Below, piece by piece: positions 35,100-45,563 of a stretch of DNA of 64,000 nt. Every line of letters begins with the position of its first letter. Position 1 is the first letter of the stretch. Location: NCBI GenBank assembly GCA_964564035.1, contig CAZLZN010000002.1:20898-84897 (forward strand). Reading direction: 5' to 3'. This DNA is from an uncultured Gammaproteobacteria bacterium. Lineage in GTDB: Bacteria > Patescibacteriota > Microgenomatia > Levybacterales > UBA12049. Both the position numbers and the translations under genes were made by a program. The notes under the pieces were generated by a model. The model was not told the origin of the DNA. It was given only the letters and a program-made list of their open reading frames with translations, and searched no databases.

Positions 35100-35699
35100 A
35101 TGAAAAAATCTACTATGATAGCAGGAGCTGTATTGCTTTTAATAGTAATTTCGGCCGGCGCATATTTCTTGTCTCAACAAAACTCGGATAAAGGAGTTAT
35201 GCAGAAGGACGATAATCTTCAGCCGTCGGTGTCATCTGAGGCAGACGGACAATCCGGTTCTATGCAAAAAGATGAAAATACTGAAACAAGCGGCACGGCG
35301 CAGCAAACGGACGATTCTATGATGAAGTCCGATAATAGCATGGGTAAAACCAATACTGCAGATGGTGCCATGATGGCATCCTCATACGTCGAATTTACAC
35401 CAGATGTTTTAGCTGAAACAGCAGGCACAAAGAGAGTATTATTCTTTTATGCCTCCTGGTGCCCGACTTGTATTCCGGCTGACGCGCAGTTTTTGAAAAG
35501 CAGTGACAGGATTCCCGATGGTGTGACCGTAATAAGAGTCAATTATAACGATTCCCAGACGGATGAAGATGAAAAAGCTTTGGCACAAAAGTATGAAGTA
35601 ACTTATCAGCACACATTTGTACAAATCGATGCAAATGGTAAGCAGGTTACAAAATGGAATGGCGGTAAGTTGAATGAATTATTGGCCAATATCAAGTAG
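35100..35699 (+). CDS. membrane-anchored thioredoxin-like protein
   Basis: Strong SD (AAGGAGG), N-terminal TM, Met/Asp/Ser-rich linker, then a thioredoxin fold with WCPTC. Confidence 0.75.
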   Translation: MKKSTMIAGAVLLLIVISAGAYFLSQQNSDKGVMQKDDNLQPSVSSEADGQSGSMQKDENTETSGTAQQTDDSMMKSDNSMGKTNTADGAMMASSYVEFTPDVLAETAGTKRVLFFYASWCPTCIPADAQFLKSSDRIPDGVTVIRVNYNDSQTDEDEKALAQKYEVTYQHTFVQIDANGKQVTKWNGGKLNELLANIK

Positions 35700-35702
35700 T
35701 AT

Positions 35703-37454
35703 ATGATTTTGCTGACACTTTTTGCGTTTTTAGCTGGTATTGTGACTATATTGTCACCTTGCATATTGCCAATACTGCCGATCGTTTTGTCCTCGACCAT
35801 AGGCGGCCAGGGGACGAATAAACGCCGGCCTATTGGCGTATGTTTGGGATTCATTTTTAGTTTCACATTTTTTACGCTGTTTTTATCAACTATAGTAAAC
35901 ATAAGCGGTATTTCGGCTGACTTTATACGTTTATTTTCGGTATTTATTATAGCGCTGTTTGGCGCTTCTCTTTTAATACCGCAGTTTCAGTTGTGGACGG
36001 AAAAACTTTTCTCGGCCTTAACTAAATTAATTCCTCTGAAAAATCAAAACGCCAATTCCAAACATGGTTTTTTCGAAGGTTTTATTATCGGACTTTCAAT
36101 AGGCTTATTATGGACACCCTGCGTAGGGCCCATACTGGCATCAGTTATCACGCTTGCGATCACAGGATCGGTAAATTCATCTGCTGTAGTAATTACACTC
36201 GCCTACGCGCTTGGCACTGCTATACCGATGTTTGCTATTTTGATAGGCGGACAAAAACTGCTTAGAAAAGTTCCGTGGCTTATGGCAAATACTACAAAAA
36301 TTCAAAAAGTTTTTGGGGTAATTATGATCCTAACTGCGGGCGCAATATATTTCAATATAGACAGAAAATTCCAGACGTATATATTACAAACTTTTCCTCA
36401 ATACGGAACCGGACTGACTCAATTTGAAGATAATGACCAAATCAGGAAAGAATTGGAAAAACTAAATATTAATAAGGACAATTCCACATTGGACAATAAA
36501 GATATGATTGGGAAATCAACATCGGATATTCAGCCGCAGGGACCTCTTGCTCCCGAGATAATCCCCGGAGGTCAATGGTTCAATTCTCGGCCTTTGAAAT
36601 TAAGCGAATTAAAAGGCAAAGTTGTCCTGATAGATTTTTGGACTTATTCATGTATAAATTGCCAAAGGACACTGCCTTATTTAAAAAATTGGTATGAAAA
36701 ATATAATCCGGCAGGACTGGTAATTATCGGCGTCCATTCTCCGGAATTTGAATTTGAAAAAAATCCAGGCAATGTTTCAACAGCGATCACGGATTTCGGC
36801 ATCAAATATCCCGTGGTACAAGACAATGAATTTTCTACTTGGCGGGCGTATGAAAATCGTTATTGGCCGGCAAAATATTTTATTGACAAAAACGGAGTTA
36901 TCAGGAAAACGCATATAGGTGAAGGAGCTTATAATGAAAGCGAGAAGTTTATCCAGGAATTACTAAATGAGGCAGTAGATGAACCTGTTTCTTTACAAAT
37001 TGATAACCCCGAATATACCCTTTATTCACGGACACCTGAAACATACCTGGGCTTCGAGCGAATAGCCAACTTCGCATCCCCGGAATTGATCAGAAAAAAT
37101 CAACCTGCCGTCTATACAAAGCCATTAAAACTGGATTCAAATCAGGTAGCTTATGAAGGCAAATGGATTGTATCCGGGGAATATGCCAACCCTCAGGCAG
37201 GGTCTTCACTTCATCTGAACTTTGAATCAAAAGAAGTCTTTCTGGTCATGCGGCCGAAATCAAATATTTCAAAAATCAAAATATATCTGGATAACAAACA
37301 GGAATATTTGGGTGAAGATGCCGTAAGCGGCGTTATCAGTGTGGACAGCCCTGCGCTTTATAAGCTTATCAAGTTGGACGCCCCCGGCCGTCATGAATTG
37401 CGCCTGGAGTTTCTTGACAGCAATACAGAAGTATATGCATTTACCTTCGGTTAA
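35703..37454 (+). CDS. DipZ-like protein: CcdA/DsbD transmembrane electron-transfer domain fused to a thioredoxin-like domain
   Basis: TM domain with LSPCILPILP and WTPCVGPIL. Exported redoxin domain with WTYSCINCQ. Confidence 0.8.
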   Translation: MILLTLFAFLAGIVTILSPCILPILPIVLSSTIGGQGTNKRRPIGVCLGFIFSFTFFTLFLSTIVNISGISADFIRLFSVFIIALFGASLLIPQFQLWTEKLFSALTKLIPLKNQNANSKHGFFEGFIIGLSIGLLWTPCVGPILASVITLAITGSVNSSAVVITLAYALGTAIPMFAILIGGQKLLRKVPWLMANTTKIQKVFGVIMILTAGAIYFNIDRKFQTYILQTFPQYGTGLTQFEDNDQIRKELEKLNINKDNSTLDNKDMIGKSTSDIQPQGPLAPEIIPGGQWFNSRPLKLSELKGKVVLIDFWTYSCINCQRTLPYLKNWYEKYNPAGLVIIGVHSPEFEFEKNPGNVSTAITDFGIKYPVVQDNEFSTWRAYENRYWPAKYFIDKNGVIRKTHIGEGAYNESEKFIQELLNEAVDEPVSLQIDNPEYTLYSRTPETYLGFERIANFASPELIRKNQPAVYTKPLKLDSNQVAYEGKWIVSGEYANPQAGSSLHLNFESKEVFLVMRPKSNISKIKIYLDNKQEYLGEDAVSGVISVDSPALYKLIKLDAPGRHELRLEFLDSNTEVYAFTFG

Positions 37455-37482
37455 CTATTTATTTTTTTGTTATAATTAAACC

Positions 37483-37878
37483 GTGAAGAATTTCTTGGAA
37501 CTATACCCTGCTGTAATCAAGGTCTTTGAAAAATTATTGGCCTTAATAGTATTCATTGGTGTGCTTACCCTGCTTATTAATAGTATTCCGGTACTGCTTG
37601 GACTCGATTGGGCACGAGTAGATTCTTTTTATGAAATGATCGACCGTATTCTGCTCGCTGTTATTGGTCTGGAACTGATCCGTATGCTCATTACGCACAA
37701 TATGGACGCTGTTTTAGAGCTTTTGGCTTTTGTAATCGCCCGCAAGATGCTAAGACCCGAACTAAGCTCTATGGATATCGCGCTTAGCGTGCTTTCATTT
37801 TCCGCGCTTTTCGTCATTTATCAAATTTTCAACAACAAAGATAATTTTTATAAAATATTCAATAAACAAAAATCATGA
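37483..37878 (+). CDS. PsiE-like small membrane protein
   Basis: 131 aa, 4 TM, GTG start. TGtTATAAT extended -10 ends 6 nt before the start codon. Confidence 0.45.
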   Translation: MKNFLELYPAVIKVFEKLLALIVFIGVLTLLINSIPVLLGLDWARVDSFYEMIDRILLAVIGLELIRMLITHNMDAVLELLAFVIARKMLRPELSSMDIALSVLSFSALFVIYQIFNNKDNFYKIFNKQKS

Positions 37879-38393
37879 AAAATCATACGGATTCTGTTTA
37901 TGTAATTCGCAAATCATTTCCCTTATTAACTGTAAGGATTATACTTGTCGAGCTTCTGCTTGAAGGCATATATTTGTTGTGGAGGATAGGGGTAGACTTT
38001 TTACCCTTAGCAAGCGAGACAAGAGTCTTCCTGCATCAATTTACGACTGCTATCTTCATATTTGTTACTATTCTCCAGGTATTTTTACTACTTGTGCTGT
38101 TTTTGAGATGGTCAACGGATTATTATGAGTTGCAGGACGATGAAGTAATCAAAATGAATGGGGTATTCTCAAAAAACGGAAAAGCATTTGCATACCAGAA
38201 CATCCAGTCAATAACTGTTAGGCAAAGCCTGTTAGGACGCTTACTTCGTTACGGGACTGTTTATCTGTATATACCTGTATTGGGTCAGGATATAGCTTTT
38301 AATGAAGTACCTAATCCTTATGCTTTTATCGCTTTAATCAAGAAAAACATGAATAAAAAAGCAGACCAGGGTTTTATTTTCCGCCGCAAATAG
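37875..38393 (+). CDS. membrane-flanked bacterial PH domain protein (bPH_2/YdbS-YdbT-like)
   Basis: Two N-terminal TM helices, then YELQDDEVIKMNGVFSKNGKAFAYQNIQSITVRQSLLGRLLRYGTV. Confidence 0.65.
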   Translation: MKNHTDSVYVIRKSFPLLTVRIILVELLLEGIYLLWRIGVDFLPLASETRVFLHQFTTAIFIFVTILQVFLLLVLFLRWSTDYYELQDDEVIKMNGVFSKNGKAFAYQNIQSITVRQSLLGRLLRYGTVYLYIPVLGQDIAFNEVPNPYAFIALIKKNMNKKADQGFIFRRK

Positions 38394-38403
38394 AAGCGCC
38401 GAT

Positions 38404-39702
38404 TTAATCTATTGGAATAAAAACAGATTTTCCATGTATCTTTTTAGACTCTCGAATTTGCGCCAATGCATTTTGAATATCTATTTGCCGCGCTTTATCA
38501 ATAGTTATAACGTCAGGTATAAAAATATTACCCTTGCTTTGGAATTGGTATTTTTTTCGCTGGACCGAATCTTCAACATTCAAGCCATTTTCGGCGAGGA
38601 GTCTAAATACTTCCGCAGCACTTCCGGGTATGTGGCGCAAATTAACTCTCAAGTACCCCCTTGCTGTTGTATTGGCAAAATCTTCAATCTCAATTTTACT
38701 GTCAAGGCTGGGTAAAGTATCTCTGCGATTTTCTCTGATATTATCCGCCAGATGAAGTATGTCCATAACAACGGCGCTCGCAGTCGCATGCCTGCCTGCA
38801 CCTTTGCCTGTATACATATGGGCTCCTGCATAATCGGAATCTACATAGATAGCATTATACTCGTCATTAATATTCGCCAGCTGGCTTTCTTTCCGGACCA
38901 TAACAGGCCCCACGCTTATATTGATTTTATTTTTCTTAGTTCTTTGAGCTGATCCTAATAATTTTATTACATAGCCGCGGTTTCCTTCGTCCGTTTTATA
39001 TTTAGATGAAAAGTCCATATCAATAGGAGAAATATCTGTTATGCCCTTCACATTGATATCATCAGGATTTATATACCTGTTAAAACCCAGCGAGGCCAAT
39101 ATGGCGATTTTATATCTCGTATCAAAACCTCCGGTATCGGATATATGATCAGCCTCGGCAAAACCTTTTTCCTGAGCTTGTTTCAAAGCGCTTTCAAAAT
39201 CTTGTCCTTCTTCCATTCGGGACAGAATATAATTTGTCGTACCGTTCAAAATGCCCTTGATCGTATTAATTTTATCTCCTCTGTATGAATACATTGACTT
39301 AATTATACGTATGCCTCCCCCAACAGATGCTTCAAATCCGATATCCGCGTTGTTTTGTTTCGCAGCCGCAAAAATTTCCCTCATTCTCATTGCGATGACC
39401 GCCTTATTGGCAGTTGCTACGCTCTTTCCCGTCTCTAATGCTGACATAATTAAATCCCCGGCAGGCATAATACCACCCATCAGCTCAACAACTATTTGTA
39501 TTTCGGGGTCTTCAATTATTTCCTGAGGTTTAGTCGTGATAATTTCTTTAAAATCTTTGTGTTTTGCCGGGTTCCTGACTGCGATTTTTTTTAGTTCCAG
39601 GTTATATTTATGACCAAATTCTTCGATCCAGCTCGCTACCCCTCCGCCTACGACTCCGCGTCCCAAAATTCCTATCCCGATTTTTTGTACTTTTTTGCTC
39701 AT
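38404..39702 (-). CDS. hom: homoserine dehydrogenase
   Basis: N-terminal Rossmann IGIGILGRGVVGGGV, catalytic core (ANKA, GILNGTTNYIL) and a C-terminal ACT-like region. Confidence 0.88.
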   Translation of the reverse strand: MSKKVQKIGIGILGRGVVGGGVASWIEEFGHKYNLELKKIAVRNPAKHKDFKEIITTKPQEIIEDPEIQIVVELMGGIMPAGDLIMSALETGKSVATANKAVIAMRMREIFAAAKQNNADIGFEASVGGGIRIIKSMYSYRGDKINTIKGILNGTTNYILSRMEEGQDFESALKQAQEKGFAEADHISDTGGFDTRYKIAILASLGFNRYINPDDINVKGITDISPIDMDFSSKYKTDEGNRGYVIKLLGSAQRTKKNKINISVGPVMVRKESQLANINDEYNAIYVDSDYAGAHMYTGKGAGRHATASAVVMDILHLADNIRENRRDTLPSLDSKIEIEDFANTTARGYLRVNLRHIPGSAAEVFRLLAENGLNVEDSVQRKKYQFQSKGNIFIPDVITIDKARQIDIQNALAQIRESKKIHGKSVFIPID

Positions 39703-39752
39703 ACAATATTTTTTAACATTCTAACATTGCTGTAGGGTTTTATCAAGAAATT

Positions 39753-41276
39753 TCATTCTTTATACGGTATTAACTTGTATACTTTGACAACCGAGACATT
39801 CCAGACGTTTGCGATTTCGGCTCTGCCGAAAGCCGCGATTTCGTGCAGAGGATTACCGATCGGGTTGCACTTTATATCCTCACAAACAACAAATAGCTGC
39901 TGGGTAGCTGATTTTCTTTGCGGATCATCTTCAAGGTTCTCCAAAAGAACCGGCTCGTGCCCCAAAATTTCCAGATAATATCTGTATGCATGGTCCGAAT
40001 TTCCGCCCGATAAAAGTGCAAAATTATATTTTTTGTTTCCTGTCTGTTCTATAACGAATTTAGCGATTTTCTTTGCTTGTTCCTTTTGTCTATTTGGCTC
40101 AAGCTTAAACGGAACATCATTTAGATAAACAGTGATTAATCCTGCAATAACTAATACAGGTAAGGTCTTATAAAATATATTATTTTTTTTATTTAGAATA
40201 AAAGCAAGCATGTTGCCGGTAAGTAAAAATGGCAACGGAAAAATAAAAGTGAATAAATAATCATGAATTTCTTTTTGATAAAATCCTAGTAGAAATACGC
40301 TGACAAATAACCAGAGACTAAGTAACAGCACAAGCTTGCGTGATTTATATAAAAATAAAATATATACACTGGCAAAAGCGATAATCAAAGTACAAACAGT
40401 CCACAAAATAATAAGTCCTGGGCTGTCATGAAGAATATTATTTGCAGGCGGGAAATTGGTAATTAGTCTGCCGAAAATCCTGAAAAAAATATTTGCTACT
40501 TCCGCCGGATAACTTGATGAGCCGGACGAGCTTACATTCTCTCCAAAAACAAAAGATATTATACCGCGGCTGTTTAAAAACCCATGTAAAAATTCAAACA
40601 GAATCAGAGGCATCAGTGATGCCAAAACTCCTCCGCCGACAATGAAATTTTTTACCAAAGCAACTTTTATCTCCCGCCTTTTAGCTGTCAGGAATATATA
40701 TAAAAAAACAACCGTCCAAAGTATGAGCGATAGATAATGCAGCTGCAAACTAATACCAATTAAAAACCCGGTCAACATATACCACCAATAGCCCTTGTTG
40801 TTTAAAACAACAAAATATATTAAATAAATGATTAGTAATGCAAAAAATGGCAATATGTTAGGATTCCAGGAGGACCTTGAATATTCAAGGACCAGAGGTG
40901 AAAAAGAATAAAGCAGCGCGGCTATTATACCTGTTTCTCTATTAAAAAATTTCTGCCCGGTATAATAAATAAGCCATACAGTCGCGATGCCGAATAACGC
41001 GACCATGATTGCGGGACCTACAGGATCATAGTTTGCCAGGAATAAAAATGGTGATATCAAATAATAGTAAAAAGGCCCCATAAAAAAATCCCCTGCAGAA
41101 GACCTCGGCCCCAAAAGCGTAAATTCTCCGCGAAGTATTTCTCGAGCTACTATTACATCACGCCCTTCATCTCCCAAAAAAGAAATATAATCTTCGATCA
41201 TGTATAAACGCATGAAAGAAGCCAGGATTAAAATCAGAAGAATAATTACATAGTCTTTTTTAAAAAACTTTTTCAT
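39753..41276 (-). CDS. glycosyltransferase family 39/83 (ArnT / PMT-like, polyprenyl-phosphate-sugar dependent)
   Basis: 507 aa and more than 10 TM helices. First-loop acidic motif (FLGDEGRD). C-terminal soluble domain. Confidence 0.7.
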   Translation of the reverse strand: MKKFFKKDYVIILLILILASFMRLYMIEDYISFLGDEGRDVIVAREILRGEFTLLGPRSSAGDFFMGPFYYYLISPFLFLANYDPVGPAIMVALFGIATVWLIYYTGQKFFNRETGIIAALLYSFSPLVLEYSRSSWNPNILPFFALLIIYLIYFVVLNNKGYWWYMLTGFLIGISLQLHYLSLILWTVVFLYIFLTAKRREIKVALVKNFIVGGGVLASLMPLILFEFLHGFLNSRGIISFVFGENVSSSGSSSYPAEVANIFFRIFGRLITNFPPANNILHDSPGLIILWTVCTLIIAFASVYILFLYKSRKLVLLLSLWLFVSVFLLGFYQKEIHDYLFTFIFPLPFLLTGNMLAFILNKKNNIFYKTLPVLVIAGLITVYLNDVPFKLEPNRQKEQAKKIAKFVIEQTGNKKYNFALLSGGNSDHAYRYYLEILGHEPVLLENLEDDPQRKSATQQLFVVCEDIKCNPIGNPLHEIAAFGRAEIANVWNVSVVKVYKLIPYKE

Positions 41277-41298
41277 GCGATATCAAAATGCGGTTGAC

Positions 41299-42540
41299 TT
41301 ACGCGACGTCTGTATGCGCGCCATGTTTCGGTTTTAGATAATGGGTTTTCCAAATTATTACATTATAAATAAAATAATTCAAAGGTATTACAAAAATTAT
41401 GATAGTAGGAATTAAAACCAGCAGCCTGGTGGGTATCGTTTGAGAAAATATATTGATATTTTCACCGAAACTCTTTATTGCTATTAGTACTACCAGGCTC
41501 TGGATCAGTATCGACCCAAGCGATGCCAAATTAAATTTTACTGCCCTTACAATAAATCTGGACTTTTCTTTAAGCTTCCTTGTGTCGTCAAATGTCCAGA
41601 AATTATTTATTAAATAATTTGATATGATCGCTGCCTCGGCTCCAAAACCCGCGCCTATGGCCTGTGATACCGAACTGGTATCGTCTACCATACCTAGTCC
41701 GGCTAGAATGTGGGTAATAAAAAGTGAAATACCCAAATATATTGCAGCTTCCTGTGTAATTATCTGTACAACAAATCCGGTACCGCCGACTATCAAAAAT
41801 TTAATAAATCTTTTAGAACGCATCATTCGCAGTTTCAAAACAACTCTAAACGAATCAAAAAGATCTTTTGATGTTATTTTACTGGAGCCCTCCTGCCGTT
41901 CATAAAAAATTATCGGTACCTCTGCGATTTTCGCCTTGAGCTTAATGATCTCATAAAGTATATGAAGTTTATACGCGTAATATTGTGAATACAAATTATC
42001 CAAATCCACCCTTTTCAGATATGAGGTTTTTGTAAGTTTGAATCCGGAAGTCATATCATGAATGTTTCGAGTCCATAAAACCAGTTGCGCGAATAGTCCT
42101 CCGACTCTGCTTATTATTTTTCTATGCAATCCCCATTCTTTCGGAATTGCTCCCCCCTTGATGTAACGGCTTCCGATAACATGATCATATCCTTCATCCA
42201 TTTTTGCGATAAGTCTCGGTATGTCAAACGGATCGTGCTGGAAATCCGAATCTATTTCGACAATAGCGTCGGCTTTTAAATGATCCATCGCGTATTTCAT
42301 TCCTCTGGTATAAGCACTGCCGAGCCCGTTTTTGTCCCCTGTTAAAAGTTTTATATTTTTCCATTTCTGACTGAATTCACTTACAGCATTTGCCGTTCCG
42401 TCCGGAGATTTATCATCAACAACAAGTATATTCAGAGTATGATTTTTAATTTTCGGAAAAATTTCTTCGATCAGAAGCGGTATAAGTTTTTTAATATTCG
42501 CCTTTTCATTGTATGTTGGTAAAATCACTGTTATATTCAT
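41299..42540 (-). CDS. GT2 polyprenyl-phosphate glycosyltransferase (DPM1/ArnC-like) fused to a GtrA-like membrane domain
   Basis: VILPTYNE, VDDKSPDGT and DSDFQHDP. C-terminal 4-TM region RFIKFLIVGGTGFVVQ. Confidence 0.8.
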   Translation of the reverse strand: MNITVILPTYNEKANIKKLIPLLIEEIFPKIKNHTLNILVVDDKSPDGTANAVSEFSQKWKNIKLLTGDKNGLGSAYTRGMKYAMDHLKADAIVEIDSDFQHDPFDIPRLIAKMDEGYDHVIGSRYIKGGAIPKEWGLHRKIISRVGGLFAQLVLWTRNIHDMTSGFKLTKTSYLKRVDLDNLYSQYYAYKLHILYEIIKLKAKIAEVPIIFYERQEGSSKITSKDLFDSFRVVLKLRMMRSKRFIKFLIVGGTGFVVQIITQEAAIYLGISLFITHILAGLGMVDDTSSVSQAIGAGFGAEAAIISNYLINNFWTFDDTRKLKEKSRFIVRAVKFNLASLGSILIQSLVVLIAIKSFGENINIFSQTIPTRLLVLIPTIIIFVIPLNYFIYNVIIWKTHYLKPKHGAHTDVA

Positions 42541-43499
42541 AGTTTTCTAAAATATTCTATAGTTTTTATAAGTCCACTCTCAAGGTTAATTTTAGGATTC
42601 CAGCCAAGCATTTGTTTTGCTTTTGTTATATCCGGTTTTCTAACCTGCGGATCATCTTCCGGCCTTTCTTCATGTATAATTGTAGAATCACTGCCTGTTA
42701 ATTTTTTTACCAATTCGGCAATCTCAAGTATTGTCCTCTCATCAGGGTTGCCCAAATTTATAACTTCTGCCTTTGTTTTATCCGTAAACATGGCCGACAT
42801 AATACCGTCTATCAAATCATCAACATAGCAAAAGCTTCTGGTTTGCTGACCGTCTCCGTATACAGTTATAGGCAAATTTTCAATTGCCTGGTTTATAAAA
42901 TTAGAAACAACCCGTCCGTCGTCTTTCTGCATTTGCGGCCCGTATGTATTGAAGATCCTGATTATCCGCGCGTCAATATCGTATTTGCGTATAAAAGCAA
43001 ATGCCATCGCCTCACCGAATCTTTTTCCTTCATCATAAACGGATCTGATGCCGTTTGGATTTACATTGCCGTTATAACTCTCCGGCTGTGGCGATACGGA
43101 GGGATTTCCATAAATTTCCGATGTTGACGCGTAAAGAAATTTGGCTTTTTTTTCTTTCGCGATTTTAAGCAAATTATAAGTACCGACTGAATTGGTAAGT
43201 AAAGTCTCGATAGGCAAGCTGACATAGCTTCGGGGACTGTTTATATTAGGTGACGCGGGCGAAGCCAGATGAAAAATGTAATTTATATCTCCAAACCGCT
43301 CTGTTGGCAAAGCCGATTCGACTGTGATATCTTTTTCAATAAATTCAAAATTGGGGTTATCCAGGAGTTTGTAAATGTTTTGCTTATTTCCCGTAGCCAG
43401 ACTATCAATACAAATAACTCTATAATTCTCACTGATTAATTTATTTGCGAGATGACTGCCCAAAAAACCTGCTCCGCCAGCTATAATTACATTCGGCAT
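42537..43499 (-). CDS. UDP-glucuronate decarboxylase (UXS/ArnA-C-like SDR)
   Basis: GGAGFLGSH, STSEIYG and YDEGKR (YxxxK). Confidence 0.8.
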   Translation of the reverse strand: MPNVIIAGGAGFLGSHLANKLISENYRVICIDSLATGNKQNIYKLLDNPNFEFIEKDITVESALPTERFGDINYIFHLASPASPNINSPRSYVSLPIETLLTNSVGTYNLLKIAKEKKAKFLYASTSEIYGNPSVSPQPESYNGNVNPNGIRSVYDEGKRFGEAMAFAFIRKYDIDARIIRIFNTYGPQMQKDDGRVVSNFINQAIENLPITVYGDGQQTRSFCYVDDLIDGIMSAMFTDKTKAEVINLGNPDERTILEIAELVKKLTGSDSTIIHEERPEDDPQVRKPDITKAKQMLGWNPKINLESGLIKTIEYFRKL

Positions 43500-43542
43500 C
43501 CTTCAATGATACTAAAAATCAAGCTTTTTTTAAATAGGCTGA

Positions 43543-44517
43543 TCAATTTCTTTCTTTTTGTGTGAAATAGCCATATACATCTCTTGAAATCAGCGAAATT
43601 ACCTCTTCCGCGTCTTCCCGTTCTTTTATCTTGCTTTTAGTTAAAACTGCTAATATATAATCACCATTTTCAGTATAGATTATTCCCGCGTCATGGCTAT
43701 ATCCGTCCAGTTCTCCGGTTTTATGCGCCGCAAAAACATCATCCGGCAAATATTTCGGGATTTTCGAGTTCAACCGCTGTCTTTTGAGAATGTCTATCAT
43801 TTTTTCGCTGTACTCACGGTCTACTATCTCTCCCTCATAGAGTTTTCTGAAAAAAAGCGCCGTATCGTAAGCATTTGTTATAGGTTCGCTGTCTTTGGTG
43901 CCAAGTTTTGAGCCGCTTAATCCGTATTCAGTTAAAAATTTCCGCACATTCGATAACTGAGCTTTCGATGACAAAAGTAAAGCCGTAGTATTGTCGGATA
44001 CGGTAATCATTTTTTCAACGGCATCGATAACAGATATTTTTACCGTTTCCTGTGCTGAAGGTGATGCCAAATTAAATTTTTCATATAATTTATCAACATC
44101 CGCGCTGAGTATGGTATTCTCTTTTATCTTCTTTTCCTTAAGTTGTTTCATAACCGTGCCCATAACCCAAAGCTTATACAAACTTGCCGATTGAAATGTT
44201 TTATTTTCGTTTTTTACAAAGTAATCATCGCTCTCCAGATCGAGAATAACAATTCCATATTCACCAGGGGCGCCCTTGATTGATTCCGATACTATTTCTT
44301 CCAGCTTACTGATCGATTTAGGAGTCGTGGTCGGAGTAAATTCTGTTGTATTTATTGCCGCACCCGCAACTTCTTTTTTTTGTTCCGGCTTAGAAGTTGC
44401 TATGAAGAATACTATAATTATAAATAATACTAATAACCCGAACAGATAACCGAAATTCTTTTTGTTGGATCGTCTGGCTTTTACATAATAATATGAGGGA
44501 GCATAATCATGTCTCAT
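43543..44517 (-). CDS. class A beta-lactamase-like serine hydrolase, membrane anchored
   Basis: N-terminal TM. SLYK (SxxK), SDN and KTG motifs. Confidence 0.65.
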   Translation of the reverse strand: MRHDYAPSYYYVKARRSNKKNFGYLFGLLVLFIIIVFFIATSKPEQKKEVAGAAINTTEFTPTTTPKSISKLEEIVSESIKGAPGEYGIVILDLESDDYFVKNENKTFQSASLYKLWVMGTVMKQLKEKKIKENTILSADVDKLYEKFNLASPSAQETVKISVIDAVEKMITVSDNTTALLLSSKAQLSNVRKFLTEYGLSGSKLGTKDSEPITNAYDTALFFRKLYEGEIVDREYSEKMIDILKRQRLNSKIPKYLPDDVFAAHKTGELDGYSHDAGIIYTENGDYILAVLTKSKIKEREDAEEVISLISRDVYGYFTQKERN

Positions 44518-44573
44518 TGCTATTAATATACCACAAAAGAGGAAAAATTTGGATCAAAGACTCTTAAAAAAAT

Positions 44574-45545
44574 TTATTTATTAAGCTTTTCACGCTCCAA
44601 ATCCGCGTTTACCATCATCTCAACTAATTGCTTAAAAGATGTTTTTGGTTCCCAGCCGAGTACTTTACGCGCCTTACTTGAATCCGCGATCAGATAATCT
44701 ACCTCTGCAGGCCTCATATGCTTGGGAGAGTTCGCAACAACATATTTTCCCCAATTTTTTATACCGGCGTATTCAAATGCAAGCTCAACAAATTCTTTTA
44801 TGCTATGATTTTCGCCTGTACCGATCACATAATCATCTGCTTTTTCCTGCTGAAGCATAAGCCACATTGCCTCTACGTAATCACCGGCAAACCCCCAGTC
44901 TCTTTTGGGGCTCATGTCACCAAGATATAGTTTATCCTGCTTGCCCAGGCTTATGCGAGCGGCGGCGTTGGTAATTTTTCTTGTAACAAATTCAATTCCG
45001 CGTCTTGGCGATTCATGATTAAAAAGCATGCCGGAACATGCAAACATATCGTAGCTTTCTCTATAATTCACAGTTATATAGTGCCCGTAAACTTTTGCGA
45101 CACCATAGGGACTCCTGGGATGAAAACGTGTAGTTTCCTTCTGCGGAGTTTCTGTTACTTGTCCGAACATTTCAGAGCTCGAAGCCTGATAAAATCTAAT
45201 ATTTTTATTCACAACCCTAATTGCTTCAAGCAATCTGGTTACGCCAAGCGCTGTAAACTCACCTGTTAAAACAGGCTGTTCGAAAGAAGCCTTCACAAAT
45301 GACATAGCCGCGAGATTATATACTTCATCAGGTTCCGACTCTTCTATAGCGGCCGTAAGAGAGCTAGTGTCGAGTAGATCAGCCGATATTAATCCGATTT
45401 TCTCCCTTATTTCACTGATATTTTCGAGATTAGGCGTACTCAGCCTGCGTACTGTTCCATAAACTTTATAACCTTTTGAAATTAATAATTCAGCCAGGTA
45501 TGGTCCGTCTTGTCCGGTAATGCCGGTAATTAAAGCTCTTTTCAT
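44574..45545 (-). CDS. gmd: GDP-mannose 4,6-dehydratase
   Basis: [25 protein letters not shown] and YGVAKV. Confidence 0.9.
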   Translation of the reverse strand: MKRALITGITGQDGPYLAELLISKGYKVYGTVRRLSTPNLENISEIREKIGLISADLLDTSSLTAAIEESEPDEVYNLAAMSFVKASFEQPVLTGEFTALGVTRLLEAIRVVNKNIRFYQASSSEMFGQVTETPQKETTRFHPRSPYGVAKVYGHYITVNYRESYDMFACSGMLFNHESPRRGIEFVTRKITNAAARISLGKQDKLYLGDMSPKRDWGFAGDYVEAMWLMLQQEKADDYVIGTGENHSIKEFVELAFEYAGIKNWGKYVVANSPKHMRPAEVDYLIADSSKARKVLGWEPKTSFKQLVEMMVNADLEREKLNK

Positions 45546-45563
45546 TTTATTGCGTATATTATT

